64,000 bases of DNA from an uncultured Chloroflexia bacterium (lineage in GTDB: Bacteria > Chloroflexota > Dehalococcoidia > DSTF01 > JALHUB01), in NCBI GenBank assembly GCA_963703345.1, contig OY969814.1:1248001-1312000 (forward strand), read 5' to 3'. Made by a program: the position numbers and the translations under genes. The notes beneath the pieces are model-generated. The model was not told the DNA's origin, ran no database searches, and saw only the letters and a program-made list of their open reading frames with translations. Positions 8,506 to 21,344 of this stretch are shown here, in pieces; position 1 is the stretch's first letter, and each line of letters opens with the position of its first letter.

Positions 8506-9186
8506 CTAAGCCGCAGTCTCGTCGTCTCGCTTGTGGCGATGCAACAAGTTGCGGAACCGGTCATGCACGCCAGCTCGAGTCTGGCCGAGTTTCTCTTCGC
8601 CGTTGGGCCCCACCGGTAGCGACCAGTCGTCCCCAGCTTTTGGCCATTGGTCGGGGTCGGGCGGGCCTTGAATTTCGACTCCGTCAGACGCGCTCGGCTC
8701 TGCGGGCTGAGACTCGAGATAGACCTCTTCTTCCAAGGGCAACGGTATGGAATCATCGCGAAAGACGTCCACAGTTTGAGACTTAAGATATTCGTCTTCA
8801 TCTGGAGGCGGTGGAGCCTCATGGACAACGCTGTCTACGGGTTGAGACTCGAGATGGAGCTCCTCATCTGAGGACGACGGTGCGACCTCGTCGCCGAGGT
8901 CATCCACGATTTGAGACTGAAGATCAATCTCGTCATCTGAAGACGGTGGAGCCTCGTCGACGACGCTGTCCACCGGTTGAGATTCGAGATAAATCTCGCC
9001 ACCTGAGGGCGACGGTGTAACTTCATCGCCAAGGTCCTCCACGGTTTGAGACTGAAGATCTTCCTCTTCACCCGAGAACTGAGGCATGCCTTCGTAGCGT
9101 GCGTTGTCGTTGCCGACCTCAGCTAAGCGCTTCAGAGCCCACGCACCGAGAGCCGCGACTATTGCTAACGTCAGGAATCTGCGCAT
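8506..9186 (-). CDS. acidic repeat protein with N-terminal hydrophobic segment
   Basis: GGAGGTG RBS; MRRFLTLAIVAALGAWALK; about 6 repeats of ~22 aa (L[QE]SQxV[DE]...). Confidence 0.7.
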   Translation of the reverse strand: MRRFLTLAIVAALGAWALKRLAEVGNDNARYEGMPQFSGEEEDLQSQTVEDLGDEVTPSPSGGEIYLESQPVDSVVDEAPPSSDDEIDLQSQIVDDLGDEVAPSSSDEELHLESQPVDSVVHEAPPPPDEDEYLKSQTVDVFRDDSIPLPLEEEVYLESQPAEPSASDGVEIQGPPDPDQWPKAGDDWSLPVGPNGEEKLGQTRAGVHDRFRNLLHRHKRDDETAA

Positions 9187-9364
9187 TTCTTCACCTCCAT
9201 GTGTCAATGAATTATCGGCACACTGCACGATCGGAGGACTGCATTAAGGCTGCTGGTTGGCACCATCTTCACTTAGTGTGGGTTCTGCAGACGGCTGGGG
9301 TCCGCAAAAGGGAGTTTTGGGAGAATTGGAAGTTAGAAGCTGGAAAGTGAATCTGGAAGGTTTC

Positions 9365-9512
9365 TGGTGGGCGATGCAGGGCTCGAACCTGCGACCTTCT
9401 GGGTGTAAAGCATCTGAGCCTGAGCGCTGTGCATCAGATTCAGGACCCCCGAGCGAAAACGCGGGAGTCATCATCTGGAGAATGGGCCATTAGCCGCGGC
9501 TGCGAGTAGTCC
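9365..9512 (-). repeat. att-like repeat copy 4 (perfect tRNA-Val 3' 45 nt + arm)
   Basis: Same core; arm has several substitutions. Confidence 0.95.
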
Positions 9513-9766
9513 TGAGCGCCAAAGCGATCGTTCCTCGCTCTGGGCCGGGGTTCGGATGACTCGCTGAGCTAGCGCTTAACTACTTTCAGGCATTTCACCC
9601 ACATCGTCGCTCCTTTCATCGTTGGCAGGCGCAGCGAGCATGGTTTCTTCACCTCGATTGGCTGGCCTTTCACGCGGCAACCATATCGCCGTGATAGCCT
9701 CAGCTTAACGAGCAGTCGCCGACGACACCTGGCTCATTCAGCAGATGCGAAGAGGAGGGATATCCA

Positions 9767-10402
9767 ATGGCAACACCGCTTGATGCTATAACCAGCATCC
9801 ACAAGGCTTTCCGTCGCGATATCGCAGAAATTGACGATGCGGCATACAAGGCCGCAGCAGGCGACGGTGATTTGTCGGTTGTTGTGGATCGACTTCGCTT
9901 TTTCAGCGAGATTTTGCGATGGCATGCAGACGGCGAGGAAAAGACGGTGTTCTCGACCATGGACAGAGTGGCGCCGCTCGTGGCGAGGCCCTACTTCCTA
10001 GATCACCGCCAGTTGGACATGATGACCGATGGCCTGGCCCAGGTGTCGGCTACGTCAGACCCGCTTATTACAGCCCGGGCCACGGCGGCGCTCAACACAC
10101 ACTTGCGAATTCACCTCGACAAAGAGGACGTACATCTCTATCCGATTCTGCGCGAGCGTACCCTAGCGGACGAGCAGGCCTCGATAGTCGGAACGATGGC
10201 CGGAGAAGTGCCGCCTGAGCGACAGCCCGAACTCATACGCTGGTGGTTCCCCCTGGTAGGACTCGATGATCGAGAGGTCACGATCAGCGTCTGGAAGGTG
10301 CTGATGCCTGAGCCCGTGTTCGCCAGGCTGAAACCGCTTATCCAAGACACCATTGGACCGGATTGGGCGGAGCTAACGCGGCGAATCCCAGGACTAGCCT
10401 AG
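9767..10402 (+). CDS. hemerythrin (HHE) domain protein
   Basis: H-x3-E motifs (WHADGEE, IHLDKED) plus IHKAFRRD and DHRQL; GAGGAGG RBS. Confidence 0.85.
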   Translation: MATPLDAITSIHKAFRRDIAEIDDAAYKAAAGDGDLSVVVDRLRFFSEILRWHADGEEKTVFSTMDRVAPLVARPYFLDHRQLDMMTDGLAQVSATSDPLITARATAALNTHLRIHLDKEDVHLYPILRERTLADEQASIVGTMAGEVPPERQPELIRWWFPLVGLDDREVTISVWKVLMPEPVFARLKPLIQDTIGPDWAELTRRIPGLA

Positions 10403-10587
10403 CATGATTCCATTCCCCGGCCCCTGCACCGGCGACGAGCAGGGTGGTCCGCCTTCGATAGCACGGTAACTTTCGGGCTTCAACTTCGGGGCTGGAAGCT
10501 GGGGCCATAGCGCATGGGGGGCGGACTTAGGAGACCGTCGAGACCGGAGGCGCTAAGCGACGCCTATCATTCGTTTGGCAGCGGTTT

Positions 10588-10706
10588 TGGTGGGCGATGC
10601 AGGGCTCGAACCTGCGACCTTCTGGGTGTAAAGCATCTGAGGCTGAGCGCTGTGCATCAGATTCGGCACCCCCGAGCGAAAACGCGGAAGTTATCATCTG
10701 GAAAAT
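10588..10706 (-). repeat. att-like repeat copy 5 (perfect tRNA-Val 3' 45 nt + shorter arm)
   Basis: Same core; arm conserved as far as ...atcatctggaaaat, then diverges. Confidence 0.95.
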
Positions 10707-10742
10707 CTGATGCTGCGAATGAGGCTAATGGCTGGCGCAAGA

Positions 10743-11453
10743 CTAGTGCGTTCGTTGCACCATCGAGCTCAATAAGTGTACAGCTTCATCGGGAAGACCG
10801 GAGTCGCCGATGCGAAGGATATTCAGTCTGAAGATGAGTTGAGCCTTCCTTGAGAAGGCTATTGTGAGAATGACGGGGACTATTTGGTTTCCGCTGGGGA
10901 GGGTTGCGTTGACTTCCGCACCCCACGATTCATCGCCGATCTGTGGGAAATCGAGTTTCTGAACGGCTCCGTAGGATACGCCCTTGCAGGAGGTGTTGGC
11001 CAGTTGCGATATCCCATCGGCCATATAGTTGAAAGCCATGGCGGCACCGGTCTGGTCTTGGAAGACGTGTATTCCTGAACTTATCTCGAAGACGCCGTCC
11101 GAGGCTGTCTGCGTTCCTTCGGATGGTCGGAAATCGTTGCCGTAGCCTCCGAGTTCGTGAGAGGCGTCGAACACCGCCCCGGTATTGGGATCGCACGAAG
11201 AGCTAATGGCGTTTTCCCGTGTCCCTGCTCCAGACCGCGCGGGGTCGAGGGCGAATGTACTGTAGGTAATAGGCAGATCACCAGCCCTCAGAACCATATT
11301 AGGAAGATCTGCCAGGGAAAGGGGGGTAGTTGTTGGGCTGGTGCTCGTTGCCACGCTTTGCGGGGTGGAGTTGCCTCGGCCACAGGCGCATATTACCAAC
11401 GCTATGCCGGTCGCAATGAGGAGGAAGAGTCTCGGGTGCATGATTCGCCTCAT
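10743..11453 (-). CDS. putative lipoprotein
   Basis: Signal peptide with lipobox-like ICAC, Thr/Ser/Pro linker, PQIGDES motif reminiscent of PknH-like extracellular domains. Confidence 0.7.
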   Translation of the reverse strand: MRRIMHPRLFLLIATGIALVICACGRGNSTPQSVATSTSPTTTPLSLADLPNMVLRAGDLPITYSTFALDPARSGAGTRENAISSSCDPNTGAVFDASHELGGYGNDFRPSEGTQTASDGVFEISSGIHVFQDQTGAAMAFNYMADGISQLANTSCKGVSYGAVQKLDFPQIGDESWGAEVNATLPSGNQIVPVILTIAFSRKAQLIFRLNILRIGDSGLPDEAVHLLSSMVQRTH

Positions 11454-11556
11454 GTAGGCAGATCGGCGTGCTCCTGCGGCCGTTCGGAGGTCGGATCGCC
11501 TGCGAAAGGCCGAACCGAATCAAGAGCGAGTTGTTCAGGGAACGGGTAGTGTGGCC

Positions 11557-11584
11557 ATTATAGGCCTCCCAGACGCTGGGTCAA
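11557..11584 (-). promoter_or_regulatory. sigma70-type promoter for the lipoprotein cassette
   Basis: TTGACC-N16-TATAAT on the minus strand. Confidence 0.6.
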
Positions 11585-11608
11585 CCATGCGGGGGTTGCT
11601 GAGAGTTC

Positions 11609-11685
11609 TGGTGGGCGATGCAGGGCTCGAACCTGCGACCTTCTGGGTGTAAACCAGACGCTCTATCCAACTGAGCTAATCGCCC
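11609..11685 (-). tRNA. tRNA-Val(TAC)
   Basis: GGGCGATTAGCTCAGTTGGATAGAGCGTCTGG-TTTACAC-CCAGAAGGTCGCAGGTTCGAGCCCTGCATCGCCCACCA, full cloverleaf. Confidence 0.97.
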
Positions 11686-11705
11686 ACGCTTCGGCAGGCG
11701 TTTCG

Positions 11706-11734
11706 ATCCTATAGGGGAGGTCCCGCCGCGTCAA
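11706..11734 (-). promoter_or_regulatory. promoter of tRNA-Val
   Basis: TTGACG-N17-TAGGAT on the minus strand. Confidence 0.6.
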
Positions 11735-11819
11735 GCCGGAGAGCTCGCTCCCAAGTCTTCGCGCGGATTTCGAGGGAGTGCCGGCATGCGCCCGGGAGGC
11801 GGGCGGGAGAGCGTTCCAC

Positions 11820-11852
11820 AAAAGGAGAGTCCGCCTTTCGGCGGACTCAAAA
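11820..11852 (-). terminator. rRNA operon terminator
   Basis: gagtccgcc-tttc-ggcggactc hairpin just after 5S, followed by a T run on the minus strand. Confidence 0.75.
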
Positions 11853-11854
11853 GT

Positions 11855-11971
11855 CCTGGCAGTGGCCTATTTTCCGCAGGGAGTTGCCCCCCAAGTATCG
11901 TCGGCGCTGAGGCGTTTCACTTCCGTGTTCGGGATGGGAACGGGTGGTTCCACCTCGCTCTGACCACCAGA
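11855..11971 (-). rRNA. rrf: 5S rRNA
   Basis: CCCATCCCGAACACGGAAGTGAAAC core and terminal stem. Confidence 0.95.
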
Positions 11972-11982
11972 ACGAACAAACT

Positions 11983-12057
11983 TGGTAGCGGGAGGAGGAT
12001 TCGAACCTCCGACCTTCGGGTTATGAGCCCGACGAGCTGCCACTGCTCCATCCCGCG
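11983..12057 (-). tRNA. initiator tRNA-fMet(CAT)
   Basis: CGCGGGATGG...GGGCTCATAACCC...CCCGCTACCA; C1:A72 mismatch and three consecutive GC pairs in the anticodon stem. Confidence 0.95.
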
Positions 12058-12135
12058 ATGCCAAACTGCCTGTCGCAGGCACAGTATCAACTGAACGTAG
12101 GTAGCGTCTGCACTCTTTCGCGCGCGTATTAATGT

Positions 12136-15130
<2,995 letters not shown>

Positions 15131-15358
15131 CACTAATACCCGCGCATTAAAGATGCGTCCGCTACCATGTTCAGTTGTTAATGTGCTTTCCACAAAACTA
15201 TCGGCCTGATGCCTCAAGCCGATAGGGTCGCTTCTCGCATCAGCCGGACTGGCTATTCGGTTATCAGTTGGCCGAAAACCATCTAATTACCGCTAGTCCT
15301 CCGTTAACCTCACTGAGTGTACCTCATCGGCCGTACTTTGACAAGTGCCCGGTGTGGC

Positions 15359-15434
15359 TGGTGGAGCCGAGGGGATTCGAACCCCTGACCTCCGCCGTGC
15401 AAAGGCGGCGCTCTCCCAGCTAAGCTACGGCCCC
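15359..15434 (-). tRNA. tRNA-Ala(TGC)
   Basis: GGGGCCGTAGCTTAGCTGGGAGAGCGCCGCCTTTGCACGGCGG...CTCCACCA. Confidence 0.97.
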
Positions 15435-15440
15435 AGTCTT

Positions 15441-15517
15441 TGGTGGGCCATGGTGGAGTCGAACCACCGACCTCGGTCTTATCAGGACCGCGCTCTAACC
15501 AGCTGAGCTAATGGCCC
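15441..15517 (-). tRNA. tRNA-Ile(GAT)
   Basis: GGGCCATTAGCTCAGCTGGTTAGAGCGCGGTCCTGATAAGACCG...CCCACCA. Confidence 0.97.
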
Positions 15518-15735
15518 AGTTTACAGCAGCGACCTGTCCGCCGACGGCGGACCGCTCTGACCAGCAGGGCTAGTGGCCCGACCGTCAACCTACAATGACA
15601 CCTTAACTCCTGGATAGCGGAAGGAACGCCCCGTGGGACGAGAGGGGCATAGGTTTGACGATGGATCCGGTTACCCGGATCGCACCGATCGACCTAGGAT
15701 GAGCTTGGTCGCCAGAGGCAACCTCGCTTCTCCCT

Positions 15736-17243
<1,508 letters not shown>

Positions 17244-17453
17244 TACTAACCTTCATCCCGGAAACGAATTCCCGGGACAAAGACCAAACGGTCTGGCCCC
17301 ACATTGTTCCTTCCGCTATCCAGTTGTTAAGGTGCCCAGCCGTCGAAGCCGACGACACACAAAATTAACACGACCCTCGCATCCTCGCTTATCGGAGCGA
17401 GAGCCTGTGTTAACGATGAGCGTTAGAAAGGCGGCTCAGTCCACCGCGACATG

Positions 17454-17482
17454 AGTCTATCATCGTCGAACGCGCTTGTCAA
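17454..17482 (-). promoter_or_regulatory. rRNA operon promoter overlapping the tilS 3' end
   Basis: TTGACA-N17-TAGACT on the minus strand. Confidence 0.7.
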
Positions 17483-18995
17483 GGGCCGACGGCCGATTCG
17501 GCGAATCCCCTTCCTCCGCATCGCCGGACTCCGCCGCGCTCAGGCGCAGCACCCGCCGCGTCGACGGCGAAAGCTTCGTCCGTTCGGCGATGCGGTAGCC
17601 GGCGACCCAGACGATGCCTACTTCGTCCTCTACGACCGGTACGCTGTCGCGCCGTCGCCGCGGCACCTTGAGGTCCACGAAGACGTCCTGGAGCTTCTTT
17701 TCGCCCGCGAGCCCATGCCTACCGGCAGGCAGGCCCAGCGGTTGGAAGCGGTCGCCGGGGCGGCGCCGTCGCGCCCGCAGCCCGCCGACGAGCGAATCGG
17801 CGTCCAACGTGGCTTCCCAGGCGCTCTCGGACAATGGCGCGTTGTCATGGTAGAGCGACGCTTCGATCCGCCATCTGCCCGCCGTCGTAACGCCCGGCAC
17901 GACGAGGGGGACGCCGTCCACCGGCAGGGCCTCGACCGCTGACTGGTTCAGCGCGAGGACGAGATCGCCATATTCGACGTGCAGATGCAGGCCGCGCGGC
18001 AAGTCTAGCTCCGTTCCGGCCGGCTTCGCCGCTGCTGCCGCCATCGCTTGCAGATGCCGCTCCGTCAGGTCCTTCGCGTCGCCGAGTAGCTTCGATGCGG
18101 CCAGGCGCATGACCTGCGGCATCAGTTCCGCCGGTGCCTGTTGGAGAGATGCCAGCGAGAACCGCACGGTGCTGTCATCGATGGTAGCCGATTGCGCCAG
18201 CGCTCTCTCCGCGGCCTCCTCCAGCGCCCGCCGTTCCGTTGCCGCCGCTCTCGCCAACCGCAAAAGCGAGGCGTCGACGCCCGGGATGTGTGCGCGCAGC
18301 AGGGGCAGCAGCTCGTTGCGCACGACGTTGCGCTTGTGCCGCGGCGAGCGGTTCGTGGCGTCCTCCAGCGGCTCGCGGCCCATCTCGCGGCAGTACGACT
18401 GCGTCTCGGAACGTCGCACCTCAAGGAGCGGTCGCACGAGCGTGAGGTCGTGTTCTTCCGCAGGGGCTACCGGCCACGGCGAACGCGGCAGCATCCCGGC
18501 CAGGCCTGTCAGCCCGCTGCCCCGCAGGATGTGCAGCAGTACCGTTTCTATCTGGTCGTCCGCAGTGTGTCCGACGGCGACTATCCGCGTTCCGGCCTCT
18601 CGCGCGGCGCGGGCCAGGAAGCGATAACGCACCTCTCGCGCCGCTTCTTCGATGCCGAGGCGTTTTTCACGCGCGTACGTCCGGACGTCGTCAGAGCCGA
18701 CCGTCAGCGGGACACCGAGGTCACCGGCGAGGCGAGCGACGGTCTCCCGCTCCTCCTCCGACGCCTTGTTCCCGCGTAACTGGTGGTCGAAGTGGGCGGC
18801 ATGCAGGACGAGGCCGAGCCGGGGCGCGAGGCGGACGAGCAGCAGGAGCAGCGCTGTCGAGTCGGCGCCGCCGGAGACGCCAACGACCACGCATTCGCCG
18901 GCCGCGAGCAGCCCCTGCGCGTTGATGTAGCGGAAAACTCGCCGCTCGATGCTGCGAGCCTGCGGCGTCGTCTCGACAGGTCGGGATGTAGACAT
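17460..18995 (-). CDS. tilS: tRNA(Ile)-lysidine synthetase
   Basis: SGGADS PP-loop, HTADDQIET, RPLL, EDATN and RN-x-VR motifs, C-terminal TilS_C (PGDRF...KKLQD). Confidence 0.95.
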   Translation of the reverse strand: MSTSRPVETTPQARSIERRVFRYINAQGLLAAGECVVVGVSGGADSTALLLLLVRLAPRLGLVLHAAHFDHQLRGNKASEEERETVARLAGDLGVPLTVGSDDVRTYAREKRLGIEEAAREVRYRFLARAAREAGTRIVAVGHTADDQIETVLLHILRGSGLTGLAGMLPRSPWPVAPAEEHDLTLVRPLLEVRRSETQSYCREMGREPLEDATNRSPRHKRNVVRNELLPLLRAHIPGVDASLLRLARAAATERRALEEAAERALAQSATIDDSTVRFSLASLQQAPAELMPQVMRLAASKLLGDAKDLTERHLQAMAAAAAKPAGTELDLPRGLHLHVEYGDLVLALNQSAVEALPVDGVPLVVPGVTTAGRWRIEASLYHDNAPLSESAWEATLDADSLVGGLRARRRRPGDRFQPLGLPAGRHGLAGEKKLQDVFVDLKVPRRRRDSVPVVEDEVGIVWVAGYRIAERTKLSPSTRRVLRLSAAESGDAEEGDSPNRPSALDKRVRR

Positions 18996-19064
18996 AACGT
19001 TACTGTTGCTTATGATGAAGGCCAGGTCAATGCCTGGCCTCTGTCTCCTTGCTCGTCGCCGGTT

Positions 19065-19478
19065 CTATTGTCCGAAGAGCGATTCCCACCAGGCGCCGGC
19101 TGCCGGCGTCGGCGCCGCTGCAGGCGTCCCCGCGTCCGTTTCCGGCGAGGAGACGATGACCCGCGTCTCGCCCGGCTTCACGAGGCCGAGCACCCGACGC
19201 GCTACGCTTTCGATGTACTCGTCGGACGAAAGGTATTCGCGGACGGAGACGAGCTCGTCGTGCTGGCGGTCGAGGTTGGCGATCTCCCGTCGGACCGAGG
19301 TCTCGTCCTGCGCCAGGCCGTGCGATTTCAGAGCGGTAGCGACGGTTGTGAAGAGGAGGTAGCCTGCGACGACGGCCGCCACTACGAGGATTATCCGGGG
19401 CACCGAACGTCCCAACACGTCCTTCGCGTCCTCTCCCTCGGACACGCCGTCCGCCCCTTTTCGGGCCGCGCTTAACAT
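19065..19478 (-). CDS. septum formation initiator (FtsB/DivIC family)
   Basis: TM segment, coiled coil, YIESVARRVLGLVKPGE motif. Confidence 0.85.
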   Translation of the reverse strand: MLSAARKGADGVSEGEDAKDVLGRSVPRIILVVAAVVAGYLLFTTVATALKSHGLAQDETSVRREIANLDRQHDELVSVREYLSSDEYIESVARRVLGLVKPGETRVIVSSPETDAGTPAAAPTPAAGAWWESLFGQ

Positions 19479-19568
19479 AGCACAGGAAAACCGTCATTAC
19501 AAGTGCAAGCGCTTATTCGTTTCGTCGCGAGGCGCGGCCTTGAATTTGCTGAGTGATTCCGCTAGACT

Positions 19569-21275
19569 GTGCCGGTTATGGCGGCAACGAACGAGGAAAT
19601 CGGGTTTGAGCACAAGGGCATCGGCGACGTGCTTGCGCACAACCGCCTAGTAGTACCCCTTAATCAGAGGGAGTACTCCTGGGAAGAAGAACACGTCGAA
19701 GACCTGTTCCGGGATTTCGCGAACGCCATAGCGAACGACAGAGCCACCTATTTTCTCGGGACGATTGTGCTGACGAGAGGCGACGGCGACATTCCGGAGG
19801 TTTCCGACGGACAACAGAGACTAGCGACGACAACCATCCTTCTGTCCGCGATTAGGGACTACTTCTTCGGCACCGACGATGCCATCCGCGCCAGATCGAT
19901 TGAGTCTGATTTCCTAAGAACAACAGACATCGAAACAACGCAGATCGTGCCGAAGCTCCGGCTGAACGTAGACGACAACGAGTTCTTCACCAAGTTCATC
20001 CTTGCGGAGCCGTCCTCTCCCGACCGCGGGGTCAAAGCGACAAAGGAATCTCATAGCAGAATTCAGCGTGCCTCACAGATCGCGGCGAAACACATTGAGG
20101 CGATTCTTGAGCCTTATAAGGAGTCCGCTAGGACCGCGCGGCTCTTAGAGTGGGTGAAATTCATTCGACAAGGCGCTCAAGTAATCCTGCTTCGTGTGCC
20201 AGACCACCTGAACGCATTCATGATGTTCGAGACCCTGAACGATCGAGGACTGAAAGCGTCGCAGGCTGACCTTCTCAAGAACCATCTACTTAGCTACTCA
20301 GGAGACCGCATAAGGGAAGCCCAACAGAAGTGGAGCGCGATGACGAGTGTGCTGGAGACCCTTGGGGAAGATGATGTCACCGTCACTTATCTGCAGCATT
20401 TGCTCATAACAAAATTCGGCCCCACTAAGGAGCGCGAGGTATTCGACAGAGTTAGACAGGCGGTCAACAGCCAGGGCCGCGCCATTGAATTCCTCGATGA
20501 GATTGCCGACGGAGCAAATGACTACGTCGCGCTCTTCAACTCGGATCACAGGAAGTGGAACGAGTACGGCACCAGCACGAGAAACCATATTGCGACCATC
20601 AACCGCGATCTGCGCGTCCAGCAGATCCGCCCGCTGATGTTCGCCGTATCGCGGCACTTCGCCGTGAAGGAAGCTCAGATCGCGTTTCGCCTGTTCGTCT
20701 TCTGGTCGGTGAGATTCCTCATAGCTGGGGGGCGTGGGGGTCTTTTGGCCAGCCACTACGCACTCCGTGCTCAGGAAATCGCGTCGGGGAAGATAAAGAC
20801 GGCGAAGGGCTTGACCGACGCACTGGAAGAGATCGTCCCGGGGGACGCGTTGTTCGAAACGGCGTTTGCGGAGGCTCGCGTGTCTCAAGGTCACCTTGCC
20901 CGGTACTACCTTCGAGCCCTGGAGCTCAAGGCAAGCGGCTCGGCGGAGCCCGAGTGGGTTCCGATGAACGACGAGAAGGTCGTCAATTTGGAGCACATCC
21001 TGCCGGAGAATCCTGAAGGGGAGTGGGTGCAGATAGATCCCGAGACGGCCGCTGCCTACTGGCGGCGCATAGGCAACATGGTTATCCTTCAGGCAACACA
21101 GAACTCAATTATCGGAAACAGTTCCTTTGCGGAAAAGAAGAAGACGCTTCAGGATTCATCATATTTGCTCACGTACGAAGTTGGACAAAACGACGTGTGG
21201 GGCATCGAGCAGATCAAAGCGCGGCAGAAGCGCCTGGCTCAACTCGCGGTCGCCACCTGGCCAATGAAGATATAG
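19569..21275 (+). CDS. GmrSD-type (DUF262 + DUF1524) modification-dependent restriction endonuclease
   Basis: NQREYSW, DGQQRL, FETLNDRG and C-terminal LEHILP...IGNM...N motifs. Confidence 0.9.
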   Translation: MPVMAATNEEIGFEHKGIGDVLAHNRLVVPLNQREYSWEEEHVEDLFRDFANAIANDRATYFLGTIVLTRGDGDIPEVSDGQQRLATTTILLSAIRDYFFGTDDAIRARSIESDFLRTTDIETTQIVPKLRLNVDDNEFFTKFILAEPSSPDRGVKATKESHSRIQRASQIAAKHIEAILEPYKESARTARLLEWVKFIRQGAQVILLRVPDHLNAFMMFETLNDRGLKASQADLLKNHLLSYSGDRIREAQQKWSAMTSVLETLGEDDVTVTYLQHLLITKFGPTKEREVFDRVRQAVNSQGRAIEFLDEIADGANDYVALFNSDHRKWNEYGTSTRNHIATINRDLRVQQIRPLMFAVSRHFAVKEAQIAFRLFVFWSVRFLIAGGRGGLLASHYALRAQEIASGKIKTAKGLTDALEEIVPGDALFETAFAEARVSQGHLARYYLRALELKASGSAEPEWVPMNDEKVVNLEHILPENPEGEWVQIDPETAAAYWRRIGNMVILQATQNSIIGNSSFAEKKKTLQDSSYLLTYEVGQNDVWGIEQIKARQKRLAQLAVATWPMKI

Positions 21276-21289
21276 CACTGTCCGTTCGC

Positions 21290-21325
21290 AAAAAGGAGGG
21301 CGGACCTTTTCAGATCCGCCCCCGG
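21290..21325. terminator. hairpin terminator between convergent GmrSD and clpC
   Basis: aaaaaggagggcggacc-tttt-cagatccgccc. Confidence 0.6.
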
Positions 21326-21344
21326 GTTGCTGACCCCTTGAGTA

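Larger units (their letters stand above)
4833..11608 (-). mobile_element. tandem array of five integrated gene cassettes downstream of tRNA-Val(TAC)
   Basis: Five copies of [tRNA-Val 3' 45 nt + conserved arm] at 4833, 7386, 8180, 9365 and 10588, then the intact tRNA at 11609; unrelated cargo between copies; no integrase ORF seen. Confidence 0.8.

Noticed and set aside
4833-10706. Reading the repeats as a CRISPR array or as five extra tRNA-Val genes
   Set aside because: Repeats are ~150 bp with gene-sized spacers and no cas genes are present; the copies lack the D arm and 5' acceptor strand, so they cannot form a tRNA cloverleaf.
4608-10831. Recurrent ORFs containing WWAMQGSNLRPS or GRRFEPCIAHQ
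   Set aside because: These are translations of the tRNA/arm repeat with inconsistent starts, not genes.
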